From: Trueperaceae bacterium
GTDB lineage: Bacteria > Deinococcota > Deinococci > Deinococcales > Trueperaceae
Reading direction: 5' to 3'
Assembly: GCA_965214405.1 (NCBI GenBank)
Contig: OZ243956.1
Span: 2,272,001-2,336,000, forward strand
Length of the DNA: 64,000 bases
The notes below the pieces were generated by a model that ran no database searches, was not told the DNA's origin, and saw only the letters and a list, made by a program, of their open reading frames with translations. The translations under genes and the position numbers were made by a program. This document shows, in pieces, positions 30,312 to 39,086 of this stretch (positions are counted from its first letter, which is position 1; each line of letters starts with the position of its first letter).

Positions 30312-30689
30312 GTGATGCCAAAACTCACGGTTGACGGAAAAACGGAGTCGTTCAGCGCGGACAAGCGCCTGGTTCTAGCCATCGAGGAGATGGGCGTGTC
30401 TATCGGCCACCGTTGCGGCGGTAAGGGCAGATGCACCACCTGCCGCGTGGAATTTGTTTCAGGCGAGCCCGAGCGGATGACGCAAGCCGAGTACGACCTG
30501 CTCAAAAGCAAAGACCTGTTGGGCCAGGTGCGCCTGTCTTGCCAACTCCTCTGCGACGAGGAGATGGAACTGCGCGCCGTGATGACCCTGGAAGCGATGG
30601 AAGCCTGGACCGACACCGGCCCCGAGCCGAGCGCCGCCATCGAGCCCACCCCGGAGTGGCACGACAAAGCGGCGTTGATGAAAAGCTAA
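30312..30689 (+). CDS. 2Fe-2S ferredoxin-type protein
   Basis: HRCGGKGRCTTCRV...VRLSCQ. Confidence 0.88.
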   Translation: MMPKLTVDGKTESFSADKRLVLAIEEMGVSIGHRCGGKGRCTTCRVEFVSGEPERMTQAEYDLLKSKDLLGQVRLSCQLLCDEEMELRAVMTLEAMEAWTDTGPEPSAAIEPTPEWHDKAALMKS

Positions 30690-30782
30690 GGTCGAAGCTC
30701 CTTCTTTGAGAATGGGGAGGTTTTGCCTCCTCATCCCCCTATCTCTTCACTCCTTATCTCACTAAAGCCGGAGACTCCCGTT

Positions 30783-31976
30783 ATGCTCGAGCCCGCCACG
30801 CGCGTCGCCAATCTCTACGAATCCACCATCCGCGGCATCACGATTCACGCGCTCTCCCGCGGGGCCATCAATCTGGGGCAAGGCTCGCCCGACTTCGACC
30901 CGCCGGAGGCGCTTTTAGAGGCCGCCGTCGCCGCGCTCCGGGGCGGCTGGAACCAGTACGTGCCGACCTGGGGTTTGCCCGAGTTGCGCCGCGCCATCTC
31001 CAACAAAACCGAACGCTTTTATGGCTTCACCCCCGACCCCGACACCGAGGTAACGGTCACCTGCGGCGTGACGGAGGCGGTCATCAGCGCGCTCGTGGGG
31101 GTGGTGGACCCTGGCGACAAGGTGGTCATTCTCGAGCCCGCCCACGAGAACTACCACGCGGGCGTCGTGTTCGCGGGCGCGGAGGCCCTGTGGGTGCCCA
31201 TCCGCCCGCCCGATTTTCGCTTCGACCCGGACGAACTGCGCGCGGCCTTTGAGACGCCGGGCGTCAAGGCGGTGATTTTCAACACGCCCCACAACCCGAG
31301 CGGGCGCGTGTTTCGGCGTGAAGAGTTACAAATGATTGCGGACTTGTGCAACGAATTCGACGTTATCGCCATCTCCGACGAGATTTATGAGCACATGGTC
31401 TATGACGGCTTAGAGCACATCCCCATCGCCACGCTGCCCGGCATGGGTGAACGCACCATCACCATCAGCGGTTTGTCCAAGTCTTACTCGGTCACGGGCT
31501 GGCGCGTGGGGTACGCGGTTGCCTCGGCGCGGCTCACGGGGGCGCTGCGCAAAATCCACGACTTCACGACCATCTGCGCGCCCGCGCCCCTGCAAAAGGC
31601 GGCGGTCACCGCGGTGAGTTTGGGGCCAGATTATTACGACTGGCTCAGGCGCTATTACTTAGGGCGCCGCGAACGGATGATGCGGATTTTGGACGAGGCG
31701 GGCTTTTTGGCTCCCACGCCCGAGGGCGCTTACTACACGCTGGCCGACTTTCGCCCGGTGGCCGAGGCATTGGGCTTAAGTGACGACGACGAGGCTTTTA
31801 CTTACTGGCTGATTGACACCATCGGCATCGGGACGGTGCCGGGTTCATCCTTTTACCGCAGCGACCCCACGTTAGGCCGGGGCCGCGTCCGTTTTGCGTT
31901 TCCCAAACGCGACGAAACGCTGGATATGGTGGAGGAGCGGTTTGGTAAGCTCAAGACGCTTCAGGGTGCGGGGTAA
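30783..31976 (+). CDS. Class I/II PLP aminotransferase (YbdL / kynurenine aminotransferase-like)
   Basis: AINLGQGSPDF, NTPHNPSG, SDEIYEH, SKSYSVTGWRVGY. Confidence 0.9.
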   Translation: MLEPATRVANLYESTIRGITIHALSRGAINLGQGSPDFDPPEALLEAAVAALRGGWNQYVPTWGLPELRRAISNKTERFYGFTPDPDTEVTVTCGVTEAVISALVGVVDPGDKVVILEPAHENYHAGVVFAGAEALWVPIRPPDFRFDPDELRAAFETPGVKAVIFNTPHNPSGRVFRREELQMIADLCNEFDVIAISDEIYEHMVYDGLEHIPIATLPGMGERTITISGLSKSYSVTGWRVGYAVASARLTGALRKIHDFTTICAPAPLQKAAVTAVSLGPDYYDWLRRYYLGRRERMMRILDEAGFLAPTPEGAYYTLADFRPVAEALGLSDDDEAFTYWLIDTIGIGTVPGSSFYRSDPTLGRGRVRFAFPKRDETLDMVEERFGKLKTLQGAG

Positions 31977-32135
31977 CACGGGCCTGACAGGGCCTCGGTA
32001 AGGTGAAGCTGAGGGTGCCGGGCCGACTCACACGGTTTCTGAATTTTCCAAGTCGGAACTGTTTTAATAGGCTCGAGCAAAAATAACAGTCGTGGGTGCA
32101 AAGAGAGCTTAGAATAAATTTCTAAGGAGCTTACG

Positions 32136-32456
32136 GTGGGACTTTGGGCGGAACTAAAACGGGGCGTTGGAACCTTGAGGAGGCGCAGCCAAGAGGCCAC
32201 GGACTACGCCAAGCTGCGCCTGGACAAGGCGGCGCTCGTCCGTGAGCAGTCGGACTTGCTCAAGCGTTTGGGGCGCGAGGTCCTTGCGCTCCACCGCCGG
32301 GGCGTGGAACTGCCCGAGGCGCTGTTGCCGCGGCTGGAAAAGCTCGAGCGTTTGAATGCGGAAATTGGGCGCAAGCAAGACGACATCCAGCGTTCGGCTT
32401 TGGAGGCGCAAGGGAACATCCATCAAGACGTACCGCCCCTAGAGGTTGACCGTTAA
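32136..32456 (+). CDS. Hypothetical coiled-coil protein
   Basis: RBS AAGGAG then GTG; overlaps the murJ start. Confidence 0.65.
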   Translation: MGLWAELKRGVGTLRRRSQEATDYAKLRLDKAALVREQSDLLKRLGREVLALHRRGVELPEALLPRLEKLERLNAEIGRKQDDIQRSALEAQGNIHQDVPPLEVDR

Positions 32457-34008
32457 GGCGAGAGCCGCCCAAGCCGACAGCACCCCACCGCGCCGCAGGA
32501 GTTCGCGCAACGCCCTCACGCTCATGGGGGGCACGTTGGGGAGCCGCGTTACCGGGCTCTTGCGCAGCGCGGTTCTTTTTCAGTTTTTTGACAAGGGTCT
32601 TACCGACGCCTTTTTGGTGGCGTTGCGGATTCCTAATTTGTTCCGCGAACTTTTGGCCGAAGGCGCGCTGACGAATGCGTTTGTGCCCATTTACAAGTCG
32701 CTGAGCCCGCTGGAGGCGAAGCGGCTCTCGAGCGCGCTCCTCAGCCTGCTGCTGCTGGTCAACAGCCTGCTGGTGCTCTTAGCCGTCTGGGCGGCTCCCT
32801 GGATTGTGGACTTACTTTTGGGGAGCGGCGGCAACATCAACCGTGAGCTTACGGTGACGCTGACTCGCATCGTCTTTCCCTTTCTGACAGCCATTTCCCT
32901 TTCGGCGCTGGCGATGGGGATTCTCCAAGCGGAGGAGCGTTTCTTCGCGCCCGCCTGGGCGCCCGTGGCGCTCAACGTGGTGACGGTGGTGCTGATGCTG
33001 CTCTTTCCCGGTCAGGCCGTTCCCCTGGCGGTGGCCTTTGTGCTGGGCGGCGTCGCGCAGTTTGCGGTTCAGATTCCGAGCCTCGTCAGGAGCAACTTGC
33101 TACCCAAGCTGGGCGCGTGGTGGCACCCGGAGCTCGCCGCGGTGCTCGTCCTCATGGGACCTTTTACGTTCACCACGGGGGCGCGGCAGTTCCTCAACTT
33201 GGCGGCGGTGCGGGTGCTCGACGCGCTGCCCGACGGCAGCGTGACGGCTTTCGAGGGGGCCAACTTGTTCATGAGCCTCGCGCTGGGGCTCTTTAGCATT
33301 TCGCCCGCGCTGGCGTACTACTCGAGGCTCAGCGCCGACGCCGTGGGAGCACCCGAAAGCTTTCCCAAGACGCTTCTTACGGGCGTCAAACTTATCTCCT
33401 TTTTGACCGTGCCCGCGGGCGTCGCGCTCCTCTTGCTCGCCGCGCCCGCAGTGCAGAGCGTCCTTAACTGGATGAGCGCGGTGCGTCCTACAGGCGGGAT
33501 GGAGCCCGCGGTGGTGCGGCTGTCTGTCCTCGCGCTCGCGCCCCTCGGGCTAGCGGTGTTTCCGGTGGGGGTCTCGAACCTCCTCATCCGCACCTTTTAC
33601 GTGCGCCGCCGGATACGCACGCCCGTCATCATCTCATTCGTTTTCATCCTGCTCAACGCGCTGCTCTACTTCGTGCTGGCCCGCCCCCTGGGTATCGCCG
33701 GGCTCTCCTGGGCCACCGTCGTCGTCGGCTGGCTGCAATTTGTCACGCTGCTCCTTGTCGTGTCGCGTATGGAGCCCTTCGACCTGCCCGCCTTTTTATC
33801 GCACGCCCTGCGCGTTTGGCTCGCGGCGGGGGTGGCGGCGGGGGTTACGGGGTTTGCGCTTTGGTGGGTGCCCTTTCCAGCGGGATGGTGGGGGTTCTTG
33901 GCGCAGGCTTGTCTCGGCCTCGGGGTGCTGGGGAGCGTCTACGCGGGGATGAGCCTCCTGCTGGGCTTGCCGGAGTTGGCGGGGCTGCGGGGGCGTTTTC
34001 GGCGCTAG
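32446..34008 (+). CDS. murJ: Lipid II flippase MurJ
   Basis: SRVTGLLR, DAFLVALRIPNLFRELLAEGALTNAFVP, about 14 TM segments. Confidence 0.92.
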   Translation: MTVKARAAQADSTPPRRRSSRNALTLMGGTLGSRVTGLLRSAVLFQFFDKGLTDAFLVALRIPNLFRELLAEGALTNAFVPIYKSLSPLEAKRLSSALLSLLLLVNSLLVLLAVWAAPWIVDLLLGSGGNINRELTVTLTRIVFPFLTAISLSALAMGILQAEERFFAPAWAPVALNVVTVVLMLLFPGQAVPLAVAFVLGGVAQFAVQIPSLVRSNLLPKLGAWWHPELAAVLVLMGPFTFTTGARQFLNLAAVRVLDALPDGSVTAFEGANLFMSLALGLFSISPALAYYSRLSADAVGAPESFPKTLLTGVKLISFLTVPAGVALLLLAAPAVQSVLNWMSAVRPTGGMEPAVVRLSVLALAPLGLAVFPVGVSNLLIRTFYVRRRIRTPVIISFVFILLNALLYFVLARPLGIAGLSWATVVVGWLQFVTLLLVVSRMEPFDLPAFLSHALRVWLAAGVAAGVTGFALWWVPFPAGWWGFLAQACLGLGVLGSVYAGMSLLLGLPELAGLRGRFRR

Positions 34009-34015
34009 GGCAGCG

Positions 34016-35248
34016 TCAACCGGCCAATCTGGCGAGCGTCCGCGCGAGGGTCTGCACACCCTTTTCTATGGCCTCCGGCGCGCTGTATTCGTCGGGCCGG
34101 TGCGAGACGCCGTTTTTACAGGGAATGAAAATCATGCCCACCGGGCACACGCGCGCCATGAACAAGGTGTCGTGGTAGGCGCGGGAGACCAGGTGGAGGG
34201 TCTCGAGCCCCCCCTCCCCAGCCGCCGCTTCGGTCGCCTCAACCACGCCCGCGTCACAGGTCGCGGGCGGGTCGGCGTTGATAACGTCAACCTGCGCCTC
34301 CACACCGCGTTTTTGGCTGATGGAAGAGACGGCCTCTCTAATTTTTGAGACCGCACGGTCACGGCGCCCTAAGTTCGTATCCCTAACGTCCACCGTCATA
34401 AACACCCGGCTGGGGATACTGTTCACCGCGCGCGGGTACACGTCGAACATGCCGACGGTGGCGACGGTGTCGGGACTCCCGCTCTCCACCGCGGCTCTTT
34501 CAACGGCCCCCGCAATCTCAGCCCCGGCGACGAGCGCGTCTTTACGCCCCGGCATCAGCACCGCCCCCGCGTGGCCCCCCTCACCCGTCAGCGTGAGGTG
34601 CAGCGTGGCGGGCGCGGCAATGGCGGTGATTACGCCGATGGGGATGTTCTTTTGCTCGAGCACCGGCCCCTGCTCGATGTGAAGTTCGACAAAGGCGTGA
34701 TAGTAGCCTTTGGGAAGCGCCACATCCTCGAGCCGCCCCTCAAACCCCACCTCTTTACGCGCCTCGTCGGGATTTTTCCCCTCCTCATCTTTGAGACGCC
34801 GAACCGCCTCCGGGGTGAGGGTTCCGGAGAGGACCCTCGAGCCCAAACAGCCCACCCCAAAGCGCGTGGGCTCCTCGGCGGTAAATAGAACAAGCTCTAA
34901 AGGACGTTTTGGTGTGAAACCCGAAGCTTTGAGCGCGCGAATCGCCTCCAAACCTCCAAGTACACCCACGGTGCCGTCATAGCGGCCCGAATGCGGGATG
35001 GCGTCGATGTGCGAGCCCGTCGCCACGGCGGGCAGGTCGGGTGAGCCCCAACGGAAAAACGTGTTACCGAGCGCGTCCGTGCGGACGCTCAAGCCTGCCT
35101 CCTCGGCGAGGCTCGAGAGGTAAGCCCTGGCCGCCATGTCCTCTTCGCTGTACAGAATTCGCGTCACCGCCGGGGCAGGGGCGCTGCTAAAGGTGGCTAA
35201 GCGGGCGAGTTCTGTTTCGACTCGAGCCTGGTTGACGTTTAGTTCCAT
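34016..35248 (-). CDS. M20 amidohydrolase, ureidoglycolate amidohydrolase-like
   Basis: VTRILYS, VATGSHIDAIP.SG.YDG, FTAEEPTRFG..CLGSR, ELHIEQGP, SRAYHD..FMAR...MIFIPC..G.SH.P.EY; distal end of the purine catabolism operon. Confidence 0.85.
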   Translation of the reverse strand: MELNVNQARVETELARLATFSSAPAPAVTRILYSEEDMAARAYLSSLAEEAGLSVRTDALGNTFFRWGSPDLPAVATGSHIDAIPHSGRYDGTVGVLGGLEAIRALKASGFTPKRPLELVLFTAEEPTRFGVGCLGSRVLSGTLTPEAVRRLKDEEGKNPDEARKEVGFEGRLEDVALPKGYYHAFVELHIEQGPVLEQKNIPIGVITAIAAPATLHLTLTGEGGHAGAVLMPGRKDALVAGAEIAGAVERAAVESGSPDTVATVGMFDVYPRAVNSIPSRVFMTVDVRDTNLGRRDRAVSKIREAVSSISQKRGVEAQVDVINADPPATCDAGVVEATEAAAGEGGLETLHLVSRAYHDTLFMARVCPVGMIFIPCKNGVSHRPDEYSAPEAIEKGVQTLARTLARLAG

Positions 35249-35323
35249 CTAACTTTTGGTCATAACATATTTGGCACGCCTGGATTATAAATAACCCAAG
35301 TCAAAGGCCCTACCGCTACTGCG

Positions 35324-35544
35324 TTACGCAACTTTTTCGCTGTACTTGTACACGGAGTCTCAATAACGCGGTCCGGCTTCTTCTCGAGAATTACCGCTTG
35401 CAGGCGCTCCACCGTGGCGGGAGCGAAAAGCTGTTCGCCCGTCTCTTCATCGACTCGAGCGGGTACGTTCTCCACAACGTAAAACTGCCCGTTGTGCTCG
35501 AGCGTGTAGGTTACGCGTCTTTCTACCAGTCGGCCCTCGTTCAT
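35324..35544 (-). pseudogene. YgiT-type antitoxin-like gene with a probable 1-nt frameshift near the 3' end
   Basis: VTYTLEHNGQFYVVENVPARV..ETGEQLFAPATVERLQ; after ...RVIETP the shifted frame reads YKYSEKVA* (stop 35324-35326), while the ORF as called runs on to 35260. Confidence 0.7.
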
Positions 35545-35606
35545 CACGACCTCCTTACTTTGAAATCAATCCACCGTTCAGGCTCAGGTTCATAGACCGT
35601 AATCAC
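35544..35606 (-). pseudogene. 3' remnant of a DUF4258-type toxin gene
   Basis: VITVYEPEPERWIDFKVRRS*, coupled (TGATG) to the YgiT-type gene; 5' part absent. Confidence 0.65.
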
Positions 35607-35697
35607 CTTCTTCTTGGCTTTTAACGGTTCGATAAGTCGTACAACGCTGTCAATGAAGCGCCAGGGCATACGTGCGGCGGGTAACTATGTTTCTGTC

Positions 35698-36747
35698 CTA
35701 AGTACACGACAAAAGCCGAAAACAGCGGTCCAGGTCAGGCTTTTTGGTTGCCGAGTTGGTGAGCAGATGCCTGAGATGGTCTAAGCCTGCCCGGAATAAA
35801 GACTTCTGCTTGCGCCCGTGCGACTTCATTCGAACAGGTTTGAGCTGACGGTGAACAAATGCTCCGACTTTCAAGGCCCATAAGAAAGCCAGGGTCACAA
35901 CGACAAGTAAGGTGTTAATGCGCTCTAGGTGCTTGAGATGCGTAGCTTCAAAGTCAAAGCCGCTGCTTTTCAAGGCTTTGAACAAGCATTCTATCTGCCA
36001 GCGCTTCGCGTAGCTTGCGAGGGCCTGCTTAGGATTGCGGTTGGTGACGACGATGATGTATTCTCCACCCTCTAAACGCGCGCCTGCAACCCCAAGCTCA
36101 ACACCAAAGACAGTGTAGCGCTGTTTAAGTACCTTGTGCTCACCCACAGGTAGATGCTGGAAAAAGCCGAACAGATGAAACCAGCCATCACCGAGAGCGT
36201 CTTTACGCACGCGGATAACGAAAGGGATGTGCTTACGCTCAAGATAAGCGAACCAGTCGCCCCCGATGAACTCCCTATCGGCTAGCAGCACCTCTAGCTG
36301 GTCTACGGGCAAAAGTTTTAGCAAACGCTCCAAAAGCGTAATGCGTTCTTGCGTGGCGGAGTTGCCAGCCTTGGGCAAAAGACACCACAGTAAGGGAACC
36401 GCTACGCCCTCATGCGCATAAGCCAGGGTCAAGATGTTGATGTCGAGTTTGCCAAACTTCCAGTTCGTCCGGTCTAGGCACAGGCTGTAGCTTCGCTTGG
36501 GACCTAGACTCAGCGCGTACCTGAAAACTGTCTCATCGGCCAAGTGCAAGCCTTGGAAAAACCGTTGCGCCCGTCTGTAAAGCGAGTCCGGCTGGGCTCT
36601 GCCCTCCATCATGCCTACCAACGTCGCCAAGTTCACCGTCTTTGCCTGCACCATCGCGATCATCAACAAGCTCAAGAACTTAAGCCGTGACGGGTGCAGC
36701 TTTAAGCCGCTCGCTTTCAACTGTGCCAGCAACCCGGTATGCTTCAT
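35698..36747 (-). CDS. IS4 family transposase
   Basis: LDRTNWKFG, GVAVPLLW..L.K.GNS...ER, ADREFIG, Y..RWQIE.LFK.LKS.GF..E.T. Confidence 0.93.
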   Translation of the reverse strand: MKHTGLLAQLKASGLKLHPSRLKFLSLLMIAMVQAKTVNLATLVGMMEGRAQPDSLYRRAQRFFQGLHLADETVFRYALSLGPKRSYSLCLDRTNWKFGKLDINILTLAYAHEGVAVPLLWCLLPKAGNSATQERITLLERLLKLLPVDQLEVLLADREFIGGDWFAYLERKHIPFVIRVRKDALGDGWFHLFGFFQHLPVGEHKVLKQRYTVFGVELGVAGARLEGGEYIIVVTNRNPKQALASYAKRWQIECLFKALKSSGFDFEATHLKHLERINTLLVVVTLAFLWALKVGAFVHRQLKPVRMKSHGRKQKSLFRAGLDHLRHLLTNSATKKPDLDRCFRLLSCT

Positions 36748-36827
36748 ATGCTCTCCCTTGAAGTGGTGTCTCGCAACATCCATTCTTCACTGGAGAGCCC
36801 TTTATTTCAAATCTGTCGTGTACTGAG
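35698..36827 (-). mobile_element. IS4-family insertion sequence
   Basis: IRs CTAAGTACACGACA / TGTCGTGTACTGAG; 9-bp duplication GTTTCTGTC at 35689-35697 and 36828-36836. Confidence 0.95.
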
Positions 36828-36862
36828 GTTTCTGTCCATAAATTTATTCGGCGGTATTACTT

Positions 36863-37342
36863 TTATTTGTTCACACCAAGGGCTTGCTCTAAGAGAGTCC
36901 AGTTGTTTTTGTAACTTTTCATCTCATCAATTTTGGGGTGATATCTCGCACGTATCCACGTCTCCGGGTCACCTCCCTCAAAATATTCAAAGATGACTTT
37001 TGAAGGTACGAGAAATACATCCGGTGACTCTTCAAAATTCCTCAAATCAACCAGTGCGAACCAGAGATTTAAGTGATTGATTCTCGCAGAATTCCAGCCG
37101 ATATCCCATTCATAGTGATGTGGAGCTTTCTTGACTCCCCGTCCGCGGGTCCGCATTGCCCAAGCGGTAGTTTTCACTTGAATCGAAACTCCGCGCGAGC
37201 CGTCAAGCGTACTGACAAGGAGATCGGGGCCTGCGACATTCCGTGTGGTAGGAACAGCATGAAATCCCAGATACGCGAGACGCGCTACGACGTAATGCAC
37301 GCCAGAGACTCCTGTGAGTTGGCTGTTCCGAGATTCCGGCAT
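36863..37342 (-). CDS. PD-(D/E)XK-type nuclease-like hypothetical protein, cassette-like
   Basis: TGVSGVHYV...L...GF...T.RN..GPDLLV...SIQVKT; RBS GAGGAG; AT-rich. Confidence 0.7.
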   Translation of the reverse strand: MPESRNSQLTGVSGVHYVVARLAYLGFHAVPTTRNVAGPDLLVSTLDGSRGVSIQVKTTAWAMRTRGRGVKKAPHHYEWDIGWNSARINHLNLWFALVDLRNFEESPDVFLVPSKVIFEYFEGGDPETWIRARYHPKIDEMKSYKNNWTLLEQALGVNK

Positions 37343-37410
37343 GTTCCCGCTCCTCGTCTGCTTACGTTACCGAACGAGTAATTACACCGAATAAGAGACG
37401 TGTAAAACTC

Positions 37411-37671
37411 TTACACAGTTTGGGTAAACTTTACCTCTGCTTTCCACTCGTCCCCAGTCATGTCAAAAAAGGCAATGCCGAGACATAAGACGTAACGGAC
37501 GAATTCGAAGCGCTCCATGTTTGAAAGCTCAGCGGCTTTGCCACTGGAAAGGAGGTCACAGCGGTAAAGCGCTAAGACCATGAGTTCGTGGGCTGACTGC
37601 TCGAGGGACTGGTTAAAGCCTTGCAACAGTGCCGCAAGGTTTTGTGGAAGGTCGAGTTTGAGAGTTTGCAT
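37411..37671 (-). CDS. UPF0175 family protein
   Basis: LALY....LSSGKAAEL..MERFEF...L...GI. Confidence 0.8.
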   Translation of the reverse strand: MQTLKLDLPQNLAALLQGFNQSLEQSAHELMVLALYRCDLLSSGKAAELSNMERFEFVRYVLCLGIAFFDMTGDEWKAEVKFTQTV

Positions 37672-37739
37672 AGCCGTAGTTTAGCGCAAAACCTAAAATT
37701 AAGGCAGCGGGTCAAACGTCACCTTCAAGTTGTTGAAAC

Positions 37740-38267
37740 TCACTTTTTCAACCTTTTAACAGCACTTTCAGATGTATTAAGCGCCATTGCAATGTGAAAG
37801 TCATCAACGCCCTTGGCTTTCAAATCCGCAACAACTTGCCATCGAATGTTGACGACATTGCTCCCATCGTAGTAAGCCTCTAAAGCGTCGCCACCTTTGA
37901 GGAGGAGCGCCGCGTAGTATTCTTCAGCGGTTCGGCTGTATGAAAGTGATGCGAGTTTGGCTCCGCGTGTTGAGTAAAAGCCGAGTAATGAAGCTACCAA
38001 GCCGAGTAAGGAGTAAATAAGGACCCGCTCGTCAGGTGATTTTGTCCCAAGTGCTGACCGAAACTTGTCGGTAAAAAAATGGAGTTGTTCCTTGTGATCA
38101 TCATGAGTATCAATACTATTTATCTCGATGCTCATCTTCTTCGCAACCTTTCGCAGCCACTGGTTTCTGCTACGGTCGAAGTTTTCTGAGCTCGCGGTAT
38201 AATGTGCCTTCTCACCTAAGAAGCGGCGTAGCACAAATTCGAAAAGTATCGGTTTATCTAGCATCAC
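37740..38267 (-). CDS. Hypothetical protein with a C-terminal HTH-like segment
   Basis: AT-rich ORF ending LKAKGVDDFHIAMALNTSESAVKRL. Confidence 0.65.
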   Translation of the reverse strand: MMLDKPILFEFVLRRFLGEKAHYTASSENFDRSRNQWLRKVAKKMSIEINSIDTHDDHKEQLHFFTDKFRSALGTKSPDERVLIYSLLGLVASLLGFYSTRGAKLASLSYSRTAEEYYAALLLKGGDALEAYYDGSNVVNIRWQVVADLKAKGVDDFHIAMALNTSESAVKRLKK

Positions 38268-38330
38268 TTACTCACCTTCAGAACCTAGTTCCGGAATTGA
38301 GTCCAGCAACTGCATCAAATATATCGCTTC

Positions 38331-39086
38331 CTAACTTTCCCTCTCAAACGCCAGCGGGTCGCGGTTCGTCTCCTTGTAAAGAAGATATTTGGCGGGCTCT
38401 TTGCCCAACGCCCCAAACCACTGCGGACAGTACGGCCCCATCCACAGCACGTCGCCCTGTTGAATCGGATGCCAGTCAGCGCCCAAGCGGTAGACGCCGC
38501 CGCCGGAAAGCATCAGCATCCCATGCTCCATCACGTGCGTTTCGGCGAAGGGGAGGGTGGCGCCGGGTGCGAAGGTCATGGTGTTGACGGCCATATCGAA
38601 GCTCGGGATGTCCGGCAAGAGCTTTCTGACAGTCACGCCCTCGTCGCCCAGAAAAGCCTCGCCTTGAACGTCCGCTTCAGAACCCCAAACGACCTGCGGC
38701 GTTTGCGCGCCCTCGAGCCCCACATAACGCCTCTCGAAAAGCGTGAGCACGCTCTTCCCGCTCGAGCCCAGCGTGTGAGGCGTGTCGGGCGGAAGGTAGA
38801 GGTAACCGCCCGCGTTCAGATTCCCTCGCGTGTCGCCTGCGCTGAACTCGAGCCCCCCCTCCTCCACAAAGACAAAGCGCTCGACGCCCGGCAAGGGTGG
38901 ACCGCTCGAGCCGCCGGACCCCAACAGCGCGCGGTACTGCATAAAGCGCGCGCCCATTTGCGGCGAGATGAGGATGACGCCCTGCGCCCCCCACCAGCCG
39001 GGTAGAACGGTCTGCACGTGCCCGTCGGGCGCGACGAACGCGTAGTGAGGGGTGAGGCGGGTGCGGGTCGCGCCGAGATGGTTCAT
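38331..39086 (-). CDS. allE: (S)-ureidoglycine aminohydrolase (bicupin)
   Basis: ERFVFVEEG, GGYLYLPP, ETHVMEHG..ML.G.G.YRL...W.P...GD.LWM..YCPQWF. Confidence 0.9.
   Translation of the reverse strand: MNHLGATRTRLTPHYAFVAPDGHVQTVLPGWWGAQGVILISPQMGARFMQYRALLGSGGSSGPPLPGVERFVFVEEGGLEFSAGDTRGNLNAGGYLYLPPDTPHTLGSSGKSVLTLFERRYVGLEGAQTPQVVWGSEADVQGEAFLGDEGVTVRKLLPDIPSFDMAVNTMTFAPGATLPFAETHVMEHGMLMLSGGGVYRLGADWHPIQQGDVLWMGPYCPQWFGALGKEPAKYLLYKETNRDPLAFERES

Noticed and set aside
37700..37740. attC after the 175-aa hypothetical gene (TTTCAAC...GTTTGAC on minus)
   Set aside because: Far too short for an attC, and R'' does not complement the upstream GTTCTGA.
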